Notes: generated by a model not told the origin, from the sequence alone. A DNA stretch of 45,400 bases from an uncultured Acetobacteraceae bacterium (GCA_964657885.1 CAZZWO010000003.1:1-45400); one strand, 5' to 3'; counted from the first letter of the stretch, positions 16,920 through 26,851 are shown. Made by a program: numbers and translations.

Positions 16920-17423
16920 TCAGGCGGCGAGCTTGTTCACCCGCCCATCTGCGATGCCGGACAGCTTCTGGTCGGTCGCCTTCTCCTCGTCGAGGGTCTG
17001 CTGCAACACGCTCGCGCAATCGTTGCGGCCGAGCTGACGGGCATACGCGATCAACGATCCGTAGCGCGTCATCTCGTAATGCTCGACGGCCTGGGCAGCC
17101 GACAACATGGCCGCGTCGCGCACATGCTCGTCATCGCAATCGCTGATGATTTCCTTGGCCTCTGCAAGGATGCCGTCCATCGCCTGGCACGTCACTGCCT
17201 TCACCGGCTGGCCGTGCATCTGGAAGACCTGCTCCAGGCGCGTCACCTGGTTCCGCGTCTCGTTCAGGTGTGTCTCGAACGCCTGCTTCAGCTCCGGGCT
17301 GCTGGCCTTCGCGATCATCGTCGGCAGGTTCTTCACGATCTGGTTTTCGGCGTAGTAGATGTCCTGCAGCGTGTGCACGAACAGGTCGTCCAATGTCTTG
17401 ATCGGTTTGCTGAGAAATCCCAA
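16920..17423 (-). CDS. yciF: YciE/YciF (DUF892) ferritin-like stress protein
   Basis: LQDIYYAE, HL.ET..Q..RLE, C.AM.GI..E and AQAVEHYE..RYG. TTG start at 17423 with AAGGAGG upstream. Confidence 0.92.
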   Translation of the reverse strand: MGFLSKPIKTLDDLFVHTLQDIYYAENQIVKNLPTMIAKASSPELKQAFETHLNETRNQVTRLEQVFQMHGQPVKAVTCQAMDGILAEAKEIISDCDDEHVRDAAMLSAAQAVEHYEMTRYGSLIAYARQLGRNDCASVLQQTLDEEKATDQKLSGIADGRVNKLAA

Positions 17424-17640
17424 GGCATCCTCCTTCTGTCGTTCCAGTCCGGTGAACGCGCTTCCGGGAAAAGGATGCGTTCTGATCGAGGGGAGTTGAA
17501 ATACACACGGCTGCGTGATCCCGCGCCGCAACGCGTCCTGCCCGGCACCATGTCGTAACGATCAACTGTCCTTACGGAGGCGTTGTGAACTGCGACGATT
17601 GGGAATAGTGGGTGCGCGCTGCAACCGGAGGTGCCTCCCA

Positions 17641-18375
17641 ATGACCGTATCCAAAACCAGGATGCTGGCGGTATCCGCGTTCTTCGCCGCTGCTGCTTCG
17701 GCCAGTGTCGTTCCTGCGCTGGCCGATCCGCCTTCGGCGTGCGACATCGCGCCATCGATCGTCAAGCAGATCCAGTCGCAACTCGCTGTCGTGGTGCACC
17801 TCTCGGATGCGAATGGCGGGTTGTTCAAGCCCAACCTGATGTGGTCGGCCATCGTCGATCGTGGCGGCAAACTGTGCGGAGTGGTCAAAACGGGCGATGC
17901 CTGGCCCGGCAGCCGTGCAATCGCGATCGCCAAGGCCGCGACAGCCAACGATTTCAGCAATGTCAAACTGGCCTTGTCCACCGCGAACCTTTACGCGCCG
18001 ACGCAGCCGGGCGGCTCGCTCTACGGCCTCAACAACTCGAACGTGCTGAACCCCGCCGACGAACCGTTACACAGCGGGATCGGCCAGGTGCCAGGCGGCA
18101 TCATCACCTTCGGCGGCGGCATGGCGCTGTACAGCGGCGGGCAGGTCATCGGCGGTCTTGGTGTCAGCGGCGACAGCTCGTGCGCCGACCATGCCATCGC
18201 GTTCCGTATGCGCAAGCTTGCAGGTTACGATGCGGTGCCGGGCGGTGTCGCTCCGGACAACACCGACAACATCATCTACGCCGACGCCGGCACGACCCCC
18301 TCAGGCTTCCAGCAACCCCACTGCTTCGCCTCCGACCTGACCCCGCAACAGGTCGAGACCATACCCTCGCACTAG
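17641..18375 (+). CDS. Exported GlcG/HbpS-like heme-binding protein
   Basis: GGAGG before ATG 17641; Sec-type signal peptide ending VPALA-D; [15 protein letters not shown] and GGLGVSGD motifs. Confidence 0.82.
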   Translation: MTVSKTRMLAVSAFFAAAASASVVPALADPPSACDIAPSIVKQIQSQLAVVVHLSDANGGLFKPNLMWSAIVDRGGKLCGVVKTGDAWPGSRAIAIAKAATANDFSNVKLALSTANLYAPTQPGGSLYGLNNSNVLNPADEPLHSGIGQVPGGIITFGGGMALYSGGQVIGGLGVSGDSSCADHAIAFRMRKLAGYDAVPGGVAPDNTDNIIYADAGTTPSGFQQPHCFASDLTPQQVETIPSH

Positions 18376-19190
18376 GCCTTTTTCCGGAACACGTGCGCGT
18401 CCGAAGGAAACGTTCGCGCACGTACGTCGGCTGCGTATGCCGCAGCCGCTTTCGAGATTTCGGTGCCGAGATCCGCGTAACGCTTCACGAACCGCGGTGT
18501 GAAGTCGTTGAACGTGCCGAGGACGTCGTCGATCACCAGCACCTGGCCGTCGCACTGCGCCGACGCGCCTATGCCGATCGTCGGGATCGCAATGTCGCGC
18601 GTGATCGCCGCGGCAACCGGCTCCAGCGTGCCCTCGACCACGACTGCGAACGCGCCGGATGCGGCCACCGCCTTTGCATCTTCCGTCACCTTTGCCGCTT
18701 CGTCGTCGGTGCGGCCGGTGGCGCGGAAACCACCGGCGACGTTCACCGATTGCGGCATCAGGCCGACATGCCCGCACACCGGGATGCCGCGCTGCGTCAG
18801 GAACCGGATGGTCGGCGCCATCTCCACGCCACCTTCCAGCTTCACGGCCGAACATCCTGTTTCCGCCAGCACTTTTGCCGCGTTGTAGTATGCTTGCTCG
18901 GGGCTCTGCTGGTAGCTGCCGAACGGCATGTCCACGACGATGCAGGCGTGCCGGGCGCCACGAACCACCGCAGCCCCATGCGCGATCATCATGTCCAGCG
19001 ACACCGCCAGCGTGCTCGGCAGACCGTAAAGCACCATGCCCAGCGAATCGCCCACCAGCAGCGCCTCGCAATGCGGGTCCAGTCGCTGCGCCATCGGCGT
19101 CGTGTAGGCGGTCAGCCAAACCTGAGGCGTGCCCTTCATCTTCCGCAGATCGGGCACGGTCACCGGCTTCTGCGTACCATGCACGCTCAT
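18372..19190 (-). CDS. panB: 3-methyl-2-oxobutanoate hydroxymethyltransferase
   Basis: [39 protein letters not shown] and DGQVLV. ATG 19190 overlaps the purD stop. Confidence 0.96.
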   Translation of the reverse strand: MSVHGTQKPVTVPDLRKMKGTPQVWLTAYTTPMAQRLDPHCEALLVGDSLGMVLYGLPSTLAVSLDMMIAHGAAVVRGARHACIVVDMPFGSYQQSPEQAYYNAAKVLAETGCSAVKLEGGVEMAPTIRFLTQRGIPVCGHVGLMPQSVNVAGGFRATGRTDDEAAKVTEDAKAVAASGAFAVVVEGTLEPVAAAITRDIAIPTIGIGASAQCDGQVLVIDDVLGTFNDFTPRFVKRYADLGTEISKAAAAYAADVRARTFPSDAHVFRKKA

Positions 19191-20470
19191 GCGGCCGCAC
19201 TCCCCGCCAGTGCGCGGACCCCGATATCCGTCCTGGCGAAACCACCCGGGAAATCCAGTGCCGCCACGCCCGCATACGCGCTCGCGCGGGCGGCGGCCAG
19301 ATCCGGCCCGGTGCCGCAAACGCAAAGCACACGGCCACCCGCGGACACCACCTGGCCATCGCGCAGGTCGGTGCCTGCATGGAACACCGCGACGTGCGGG
19401 ATCGCCGCCGCCCGGTCCAGCCCGCCGACCGGTGCACCGGTGCCGAACGCTGCAGGATAGCCGCGCGCCGCCATCACCACGCCGACACACGCGACATCCA
19501 GCCACCGCAGGTCGAAATGGGCGAGTTCGCCGTCGCACGCTGCCAGAAGCGCTGGCAGCACGTCCGAGCGCAGCCGCGGCAACAACACCTGCGCTTCCGG
19601 GTCGCCCATGCGGACGTTGTACTCGATCAGCTTCGGTCCGTCGGCGGTCAGCATCAGTCCCGCGAACAGGATGCCGGTGAATGGCGTGTTCCGCGCTGCC
19701 ATCTCTCGCAGGACCGGGCGAATGAAAACATCCATCGCCGCCTGTTGCGCCGCCAGGGGGAAGCCGGACGGGGGTGAGACGGCGCCCATGCCGCCGGTGT
19801 TCGGGCCGGTGTCGCCGTCGCCCACCCGCTTGTGGTCCTGCGCCGCGCCCAGCAGCACCGCATCGCGGCCGTCGCACAGCGCAAACAGGCTCACCTCGTC
19901 GCCTTCCAGCAACTCCTCGATGACCACGCTGTCGCCTGCCTCGCCCAGTGTCCTGTCGTGCAGCAGCGCGCGCAACGCCGCCTCGGCTTCCTCGAGGGTT
20001 TGTGCCACGACCACGCCCTTGCCGCCGGCCAGCCCGTCCGCCTTCACCACGATCGGCGCGCCCCGCCGCTCCACGAAGTCCGATGCCGCGGCGAGGTCCG
20101 AAAAGCGTTCCCACCGGGCGGTCGGAATGCCGGCCGCGTCGCACAACTCCTTGGCGAACGCCTTGCTGCCCTCGAGAGCAGCGGCCGCGGCACTCGGCCC
20201 GCAGCAGCGCACGCCAGCCGCCGCCATTGCATCGGCCAGCCCGGCGACCAGCGGCGCTTCGGGGCCCGGCACCACGAGGTCGATGCGCTGGGTGCGGGCA
20301 AACTCGACCAGGGCCGGCACGTCGAGCACGCCGATCGCCACGTTCTCGCCGACCGTCGCCGTACCGGGGTTGCCTGGCGCCACGAACAGCTTCTCCAGCA
20401 ATGGAGAGTTGGCGATGGCCCAGGCCAGCGCATGTTCCCGCCCGCCCGCACCCACGATCAGAACCCGCAT
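19187..20470 (-). CDS. purD: Phosphoribosylamine-glycine ligase
   Basis: [49 protein letters not shown] and [10 protein letters not shown]. Confidence 0.97.
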   Translation of the reverse strand: MRVLIVGAGGREHALAWAIANSPLLEKLFVAPGNPGTATVGENVAIGVLDVPALVEFARTQRIDLVVPGPEAPLVAGLADAMAAAGVRCCGPSAAAAALEGSKAFAKELCDAAGIPTARWERFSDLAAASDFVERRGAPIVVKADGLAGGKGVVVAQTLEEAEAALRALLHDRTLGEAGDSVVIEELLEGDEVSLFALCDGRDAVLLGAAQDHKRVGDGDTGPNTGGMGAVSPPSGFPLAAQQAAMDVFIRPVLREMAARNTPFTGILFAGLMLTADGPKLIEYNVRMGDPEAQVLLPRLRSDVLPALLAACDGELAHFDLRWLDVACVGVVMAARGYPAAFGTGAPVGGLDRAAAIPHVAVFHAGTDLRDGQVVSAGGRVLCVCGTGPDLAAARASAYAGVAALDFPGGFARTDIGVRALAGSAAA

Positions 20471-20521
20471 GCAGAACCCGCCCGACTTTGCCAGGCCGTC
20501 CCCCTAGCATAGGGTCGCTCG

Positions 20522-21991
20522 ATGGACGAAGCCGCCCCCCTCACCCCTGCCCCGCTTGCCGGGCCCGCCACCGGGCGGAGCAACATCCCCGAATACACCG
20601 TCAGCGACCTGTCCGGCGCGATCAAGCGCACGCTGGAGGGCGCCTTCGGCCGCATCCGCGTGCGCGGCGAGATCACCGAACTGAAGCAATACGCCTCCGG
20701 CCACACCTATCTCAGCCTGAAGGACGAGGGCGGGAAGGTTCGCGCAATAATCTGGAAATCCGCGGTGGCACGCATTGGATTGCGGCCCGAAAACGGCGTC
20801 GAGGTGATCGCGACCGGCAAGATCTCGGCCTATGGCGACCGCTCGGAATACCAGTTGGTGATCGACCGGCTGGAATATGCCGGCGCCGGGGCCTTGCTGG
20901 CCCGTATCGAGATGCTGCGCCAGCGGCTGGCCGCCGAGGGACTGTTCGACGCCGCTTCCAAACGCAAGCTGCCCCGCCTGCCGGGACGCGTGGGCGTCAT
21001 CACCTCGAGCAGCGGCGCCGTGCTGCACGACATCATGACAACCATCGCACGCCGGTTCCCGCGCCCGATCCTGCTTTGGCCGGTGCCGGTGCAGGGCGAC
21101 GGCGCCGCCGCGCGCATCGCCGCCGCAATTGCCGGCATGGACAGCCTGCCGCTGCCGGGCATCCCCCGTCCGGACGTGCTGATCGTCGCGCGCGGCGGCG
21201 GCTCGCTGGAAGACTTGATGGCTTTTAACGAGGAGGTCGTGCTGCGTGCCGCCGCAGCGTGCCGGCTCCCGCTGATCAGCGCCGTCGGGCACGAGACCGA
21301 CACCACGCTGATCGACTTCGTGAGCGACCAGCGTGCGCCGACCCCAACCGCCGCCGCCGAGCTGGCGGTTCCGGCCCGCACCGAGTTGCTGGCCGACCTG
21401 GCGCAGAAATCCGCCCGGTTGATCGGTGCGCTGGATCGCGCGACGCAAACCAGCCGCGCCCGGCTATCTGCCGCCGGCGCCAGCCTGCCGGACCTGCCCA
21501 ACATCGTGGCCAACGCCCGCATGCGGCTGGATGACCGTTCGCAACGGCTGGACCTCGCGGTGCCGAACCTGCTCGCCGCACGGGTCGCGGCGCTGGCCCG
21601 TGCGGAACGGCACATTCCGGACCCGCAGGGCTTGATCGCCGCCCGGCGCGGCACAATCGACCTGGCCGGGCTGCGCCTGTTGACGGCGCTGCGCCACGGC
21701 GTGCAGCGGCATCGGGACGCGGCGGCCAAGATTGCACCGCGCCTGACGCTTGCCGGGATCGAGCAGCGCATGCGGTCGCAGCGATCACAGCTCGATGTGC
21801 TCGCGGCCCGGCTGGACGGCGCGTCCTACGAGCGGGTCCTGGCCCGCGGCTTCGCCCTGGTCCGCGACGCTCGCGGACATGCTGTCACCAGTGCGGCGTC
21901 AGCCGGCACACATGCCCGCTTGCGGCTGCGCTTCGCGGATGGGGAGGTTGGTGTAGTGACGGAGGGACGGCAGGCGAAGCTGCCGTTCTAG
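20522..21991 (+). CDS. xseA: Exodeoxyribonuclease VII large subunit
   Basis: [48 protein letters not shown] and VLARGF. Confidence 0.96.
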   Translation: MDEAAPLTPAPLAGPATGRSNIPEYTVSDLSGAIKRTLEGAFGRIRVRGEITELKQYASGHTYLSLKDEGGKVRAIIWKSAVARIGLRPENGVEVIATGKISAYGDRSEYQLVIDRLEYAGAGALLARIEMLRQRLAAEGLFDAASKRKLPRLPGRVGVITSSSGAVLHDIMTTIARRFPRPILLWPVPVQGDGAAARIAAAIAGMDSLPLPGIPRPDVLIVARGGGSLEDLMAFNEEVVLRAAAACRLPLISAVGHETDTTLIDFVSDQRAPTPTAAAELAVPARTELLADLAQKSARLIGALDRATQTSRARLSAAGASLPDLPNIVANARMRLDDRSQRLDLAVPNLLAARVAALARAERHIPDPQGLIAARRGTIDLAGLRLLTALRHGVQRHRDAAAKIAPRLTLAGIEQRMRSQRSQLDVLAARLDGASYERVLARGFALVRDARGHAVTSAASAGTHARLRLRFADGEVGVVTEGRQAKLPF

Positions 21992-21995
21992 GAGC

Positions 21996-22113
21996 CTTCT
22001 TTTTCTGGAAAAAAAAGAAGCAAAAAGACTTTCTAGTGCTGTCGCGGAGCGTCCGGCCAATACCGCGACAGCAACTAGTAGAAGTCTTTTGCTTCTTTTC
22101 TTCAGAAAAGAAG
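21996..22113. repeat. AT-rich ~118 bp intergenic palindrome (REP/MITE-like; possible bidirectional terminator)
   Basis: Arms 21996-22047 and 22063-22113 are near-perfect reverse complements (CTTCTTTTTCTG..AAAAGAAGCAAAAAGACTT..CTAG.TGCTGTCGCGG). It lies between convergent genes. Confidence 0.85.
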
Positions 22114-22127
22114 AGTCTTTCTTATAC

Positions 22128-23342
22128 TTAGAACAACGAAAGCTGCGGAGCTGGCGCAGGCAGCACGTTCGGCACCGCGAAATGACCGGTCTCCAGGCTC
22201 TCGCGGTCGGCGAAGCCCAGTTGGCGGGCGGCGCGGGCGAAGCGCTTGCCCAGCAGGTCGGCGTAGGGGCCGTTGCCGCGGAAACGGTCGTGGAAGGCGC
22301 TGTCGTTCAATTGCCCGGCGCGGGTCTCACGCACCAGGTTCAGCACGTGCCGCGCGCGGTCCGGAAAGTGCTCGCCCAGCCAGGCCTCGAACATCTGGCG
22401 CAGCTCCAGCGGCAGGCGCAGCAGCACGTAACCGGCATGCCTGGCACCGGCCCTGGCCGCGCGCTCCAGTATGCGCTCCAGCTCCGAATCGTTCAGGCCG
22501 GGGATCATCGGCGCCGCCAGAACCGCCGCCGGCACGCCGGCCTGGCTCAGTACCTCGATCGCTGCCAGACGGCGCTCCGGTGTGGCAGCCCGCGGCTCCA
22601 TGACCCGCGCCAGCTTGGCGTCCAGCGTGGTCACCGACAGGTAAACACGCACCAGCCCGCGCGCGGCAAGGCGCTGCAGGATGTCGAGGTCGCGCAGCAC
22701 ACCCGCCGATTTCGTGACGATGCTGACCGGATGGCCGAACCTCTCCAGCACCTCGAGCACCGAACGGGTCAGCTTCAGCGTCCGCTCCACCGGCTGGTAT
22801 GGGTCGGTGTTGGAACCCAAAGCCATCGTCTTGCAGACATAGCCGGGCTTCTTCAGCTCGCGCTCCAGCAGCGACGCCACGTCCGGCTTGAACACCAGCC
22901 GCGTTTCGAAATCGAGGCCGGGTGAGTAGCCGAGATAAGCGTGGGTGGGCCGCGCATAGCAGTAGATGCAGCCGTGCTCGCAGCCGCGATACGGGTTCAC
23001 CGCGCGGTCGAAGCCGATGTCCGGCGAGCCGTTCCACGAGATCACGCTCTTGCTGGCATCCCGCGTCAGCGTGGTCGGCAGCGGCGGCAGGTCGGCCAGG
23101 CCATCCAGCGTCTGCCAGCCATCGTCGAACGGCTCGACCGTGCGGGCCTTGTACCGGTTCGCCGGGTCGACGGTCGCCCCGCGCCCGCGCGCCACACCCG
23201 GCATGCGCGTGCCGGTATGGCTACGGGCGCCAGCCTTGGCCGCTGCCGCCTTGCCTGCAACCGCTTTGGCCGGAGACGATGGTCTTGCGGACAGGATGGG
23301 TGCAGGCGCCGGGTGCGCGGGAGCGGTATGAACCAACTGCAT
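22128..23342 (-). CDS. PA0069-family radical SAM protein (SplB-like DNA repair)
   Basis: NPYRGCEHGCIYCYARPTH (CxxxCxxC), GSNTDPYQP.E, IVTKS and C-terminal QLSLF. Confidence 0.93.
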   Translation of the reverse strand: MQLVHTAPAHPAPAPILSARPSSPAKAVAGKAAAAKAGARSHTGTRMPGVARGRGATVDPANRYKARTVEPFDDGWQTLDGLADLPPLPTTLTRDASKSVISWNGSPDIGFDRAVNPYRGCEHGCIYCYARPTHAYLGYSPGLDFETRLVFKPDVASLLERELKKPGYVCKTMALGSNTDPYQPVERTLKLTRSVLEVLERFGHPVSIVTKSAGVLRDLDILQRLAARGLVRVYLSVTTLDAKLARVMEPRAATPERRLAAIEVLSQAGVPAAVLAAPMIPGLNDSELERILERAARAGARHAGYVLLRLPLELRQMFEAWLGEHFPDRARHVLNLVRETRAGQLNDSAFHDRFRGNGPYADLLGKRFARAARQLGFADRESLETGHFAVPNVLPAPAPQLSLF

Positions 23343-23346
23343 CTGA

Positions 23347-23361
23347 GTTCTCGCTTCGTTC
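23347..23361. promoter_or_regulatory. Alphaproteobacterial LexA box 1
   Basis: GTTC-tcgcttc-GTTC (GTTC-N7-GTTC), 4 nt upstream of the radical SAM start. Confidence 0.8.
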
Positions 23362-23397
23362 CAAACGAAACTTGCTCAGCCAAGGGCCTCGAGTCAA

Positions 23398-23412
23398 GAA
23401 CGAAAAACGAAC
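23398..23412. promoter_or_regulatory. Alphaproteobacterial LexA box 2
   Basis: GAAC-gaaaaac-GAAC, adjacent to a minus-strand TTGACT (-35-like) hexamer at 23392-23397. Confidence 0.8.
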
Positions 23413-23416
23413 TTGA

Positions 23417-25519
23417 TCAGGTGCGCTGGATTGTCGCCAACGGGGCGTCCAGCGTCAGGCGCACGCCTTGCGGCAGGTATTTCAATTCGACTGCGGCGCC
23501 GAGATCGCTGGCAAGGCTGCGTTCGATCAGCCGTGAACCGAACCCGCGATGCACCGGGTCGGCCACCAACGGGCCGCCCAACTCCTGCCAGATGAAGTGG
23601 AGGTGCTGGCGCCCTCCGCGTAGATCGAGCGTCCATGAGATATCGACGGTGCCGCCGGTCACCGACAACGCACCATACTTGGCGGCGTTGGTGCCCATTT
23701 CGTGCAGCACCAGCGAGAACGACAGCGCCGCCTTCGACCCGAGCATCACTTCCGGCCCGTTGATCCGGAAGCGGCCCTCATCGCCCACGGCGTGCAGGCG
23801 GACCCCGGCCTCGACCAGCGTGCGCAGGCTCGCTTCCGACCAATCGCCCATCAGCAGCACGTCATGCGCTGCCGACAACGCCTGCAACCTGGCCGCAAAC
23901 GCATCCCGCCCGAGCGCGATCTCGCCTTCGCCGCGCAGCGTCTGGCGGGCGATCGACTGCACGACCGCCAGGGTGTTTTTCACCCGGTGCGCCAGTTCCT
24001 CCATCAGCATGCGCTGCCGCTCCTCGGCTTCGCGGCGCTCGGTCACGTCGACCAGCGCGCCGGGCAGGCGGACCGGCAGCCCAGCCGCATCGCGCACCAG
24101 CCGCCCCTTTGCCAGCACCCAACGCATCGAGCCGTCGGGGCGCATGAGCCGGTGCTCGATCGCGAAATCGTCGCCACCCTCCAGCAGCTTGGCGATCTGC
24201 GCGCGGAACTGGGGAAGGTCGTCAGGGTGAAGCCGGCTGAAGATCTCGGTGATCGGCGCGCCGGCGGCAGCCTGCGCCGGGTCGATCGCGTGTGCACGCG
24301 CGAAGTTCACGTCGCCGAACACCAGGCCCCTCTGCAGGTCGCAATCCCATACGCCCACCATGCCCGAGGCGCCGAGCGCCAGGTTCAGGCGTTCCTCGCT
24401 GGTGAACAGCCGTGCCTGCGTCTCATGCGCCTCGGTGATGTCACGCCCGATCGACATCAGACGGTCCGGCTTGCCGTCGCGTCCGGGCAGCAGCGACACC
24501 ACGAGGTCCCACCATTTCGGCCGCCCCTTCAGAGTAGGACAGAAACCGCGGAACTGGCCGGTGCGGCCGGCGCGGGCCTCGGCCACCGCCGCCTGCGCGG
24601 CCGCCTGTTCGTCACCCTTCCACAAGGCGAGCCATGACTCGCCGATGGCGCTCGCGGGGTCATCGACCTCCATCGATGCGATGCCGCCGGGGCTGACGAA
24701 GCTGATCCGGCCTTCAAGGTCGAGCACCACGATGCAATCGCGGCTGGCTTCCAGGATCGACGCGTTGAGCGCTTCGGCCTCGCGCAGGGCTTCCTCGGCC
24801 CGGCGGCTGGCCGTGATGTCGCGGGACACCACAAGCAGCCGCTCCGGCACGCCATTCGCGTCGCGGATCGGGGTGACCTGCACGTCCCAGTATTTCAGCG
24901 TGCCGGCCAGCGTGAGGGCGGACCCCTGGAAATGCCCGGTTCCGCCGTCCCGTGCCGCCTGCACCGCCCGGCAAGCCTGCAGATTGCTCGCATCCTGCCA
25001 GAAATCCGGCCATGGGCAGCCTCGTATGGCGCTGAAGTCGCTCACTTCCATCAGGCGCAGACCGGCCTGGTTCATGAAGGTCAGCCGGCCGTCGAAATCG
25101 AGCACCTTGATGCAGTCGCCGGACGCCGCGAGCACGGTCTGGAGGAACTCGGCGTCCGCGCGCTGACGGGTCTCGGCACTCCGCCGGCGGGTGCCGTCGC
25201 GCAGGATTTTGACGAAGCCGTCGGGAAGGCCATCGTGATCCTTCAGCCTGATGATCTCGCAACTCGCCCACACCAGCGAATCGTCGTTGCGGACATGCCA
25301 GCGCTCGTCGCGGGCGCAACCATCCTTCAACGCGGCCTGCATCTCGGCTTCCGGAACGCCCGCCGCGCGATCCTCCGGCGTAAAGAACACATCGACCGGC
25401 CGGCCGCGGATGTCGGGCGCCGTCCATCCCAGCATGCGCGCGGCGCCAGTGCTCCAACTGGTAATGACACCGCTTTTGTCGGCACCGATCACCGCGGTGT
25501 CGATTGCGTCTTCAAGCAA
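23417..25519 (-). CDS. Cytoplasmic multi-PAS HWE histidine kinase
   Basis: About four PAS/PAC repeats, then ELAHRVKNTLAVVQSIARQT, HEMGTNAAKYGALS, W.E.GGP and GFGSRLI. No transmembrane segments. The start may be further upstream (CTG 25552). Confidence 0.92.
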   Translation of the reverse strand: MLEDAIDTAVIGADKSGVITSWSTGAARMLGWTAPDIRGRPVDVFFTPEDRAAGVPEAEMQAALKDGCARDERWHVRNDDSLVWASCEIIRLKDHDGLPDGFVKILRDGTRRRSAETRQRADAEFLQTVLAASGDCIKVLDFDGRLTFMNQAGLRLMEVSDFSAIRGCPWPDFWQDASNLQACRAVQAARDGGTGHFQGSALTLAGTLKYWDVQVTPIRDANGVPERLLVVSRDITASRRAEEALREAEALNASILEASRDCIVVLDLEGRISFVSPGGIASMEVDDPASAIGESWLALWKGDEQAAAQAAVAEARAGRTGQFRGFCPTLKGRPKWWDLVVSLLPGRDGKPDRLMSIGRDITEAHETQARLFTSEERLNLALGASGMVGVWDCDLQRGLVFGDVNFARAHAIDPAQAAAGAPITEIFSRLHPDDLPQFRAQIAKLLEGGDDFAIEHRLMRPDGSMRWVLAKGRLVRDAAGLPVRLPGALVDVTERREAEERQRMLMEELAHRVKNTLAVVQSIARQTLRGEGEIALGRDAFAARLQALSAAHDVLLMGDWSEASLRTLVEAGVRLHAVGDEGRFRINGPEVMLGSKAALSFSLVLHEMGTNAAKYGALSVTGGTVDISWTLDLRGGRQHLHFIWQELGGPLVADPVHRGFGSRLIERSLASDLGAAVELKYLPQGVRLTLDAPLATIQRT

Positions 25520-25636
25520 CGCATCGACCAGCCTTTCACGCTCCGCCTTCAGCGTGCGGCCTTTCCGCCGGGCAGCGTCACCCGGACCTGCGCGCGCCGG
25601 GAGGGCGGATGGAGCGAGCGATGGTTCCGCATAAAG

Positions 25637-26851
25637 TCAGGCGGCCTCCTCGATCATGGCACGCACCTTCGGATAGATCGCGCCTGTCCAGGCCCGGCCG
25701 CTAAACACGCCATAGTGCCCCGCACCTGTCTGCAGATGGTAGCTCTTGCGTGTTGCGGGAATGTTTCGGCACAGGTCCAGCGCCGCCATTGTCTGGCCTA
25801 CGCCACAGATGTCGTCGCGCTCGCCCTCCACCACCAGCAGCGATGTGCGGCGGATGGCGGCAGGATCGACCACCTCGCCGTGCCAGGTCATCAGCCCTTG
25901 CGGCAGAAGATGGTCCTGGAACACCCGGCTGACCGTTTCGAGGTAGAACTCGGCCGGCAGGTCGGCCACCGCGAAATACTCGTCGTAGAAGCGCCGGTGC
26001 GCCTGGGCTCCGTCCGTATCGTCTGCGAACAGGCGGCGCATCTGGGCGAGCTGGGCGTTCATGTGGCGGTCCGCGTTCATCGCCATGAACGACGCCAGCT
26101 GGTAGAAGCCCGGATACACCCGGCGCCCCGCCCCGGCGTAGCGCGCCGGCACCCGGGCGATCGCCTTGCGCTCGTAATCGGCGATGCTCTGCCGCTTCGC
26201 CAGGATGTTGACCCGCGTCGGGCTGTTCCTGGTGTCGATCGGGCCGGCCATCAGCGTCAGGGTCCGCGGCTGGGCGGGATTGCGGCCCGCTGCCATGATT
26301 GCGGTAGCCATCAGCGCCGGCACCGCCGGCTGGCAGATTGCCAGCAGGTTGGTGCCGGGGCCCAGTTCCTCCAGGAAGGCAATGAGCTGATCCACGTACT
26401 CGTCGAGGCCGAACCGGCCCGCCGAGAGCGGAACGTCGCGGGCGTTCTGCCAGTCGGTGATGTACACGTCGAAATCGGCCAGCATCGTCTGCACCGTCGG
26501 GCGCAGCAACGTCGCGAAATGCCCGGACATCGGCGCCACGATCAGCACCTTGGGCTGCGGCGTCAGGCTGTCCTTCTCGAACCGGAGCAGGTTGCAGAAC
26601 GGGGTCGCGAGCGCCACCGTCTCGCGCACCGCCACGCTGCGGTTCTGCATCTGCACCGACGTGATGCCGAACGGCCGGCGCGCATGGGTGACTACCGCCG
26701 ATGTGAACAGCTCGGCACCGGCGGCGAGCAGACGCACGCCGGGCAATGCCCGGGCACGGGGCACCTGGGCCAGGAAGCTGAGCCAGAGCGAGGCCGCGTT
26801 GCGGGCTGGCGCCAGAAGGTCGGATTGAGCCTGATACAGCTGGTAGAGCAT
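25637..26851 (-). CDS. phaZ: Intracellular polyhydroxyalkanoate depolymerase
   Basis: VAPMSGHFATLLR, YITDW.NAR, AICQP (catalytic Cys), MAGPID, VEGERDDIC and GHYGVFSG. Confidence 0.95.
   Translation of the reverse strand: MLYQLYQAQSDLLAPARNAASLWLSFLAQVPRARALPGVRLLAAGAELFTSAVVTHARRPFGITSVQMQNRSVAVRETVALATPFCNLLRFEKDSLTPQPKVLIVAPMSGHFATLLRPTVQTMLADFDVYITDWQNARDVPLSAGRFGLDEYVDQLIAFLEELGPGTNLLAICQPAVPALMATAIMAAGRNPAQPRTLTLMAGPIDTRNSPTRVNILAKRQSIADYERKAIARVPARYAGAGRRVYPGFYQLASFMAMNADRHMNAQLAQMRRLFADDTDGAQAHRRFYDEYFAVADLPAEFYLETVSRVFQDHLLPQGLMTWHGEVVDPAAIRRTSLLVVEGERDDICGVGQTMAALDLCRNIPATRKSYHLQTGAGHYGVFSGRAWTGAIYPKVRAMIEEAA

Noticed and set aside
17451-17482. EcfG promoter upstream of yciF
   Set aside because: The AAC and GTT elements are 21 nt apart (17-18 expected). 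It looks like a GAACGC...GCGTTC hairpin instead, so it was not called.
18372-20510. 712-aa ORF suggesting a long PanB fusion
   Set aside because: The N-terminal part is an alternative frame over purD; PanB homology begins at ATG 19190.
22089-22925. Plus-strand 278-aa ORF starting MLLFFRKEES
   Set aside because: It starts inside the palindromic repeat and is antisense to the radical SAM gene; a shadow ORF.
25520-25639. phaZ and the HWE kinase are in the same frame, separated by a single TGA (possible readthrough or Sec fusion)
   Set aside because: PhaZ ends at its normal C-terminus, I see no SECIS-like hairpin, the linker looks non-coding, and an open 40-codon frame is common at this GC content.
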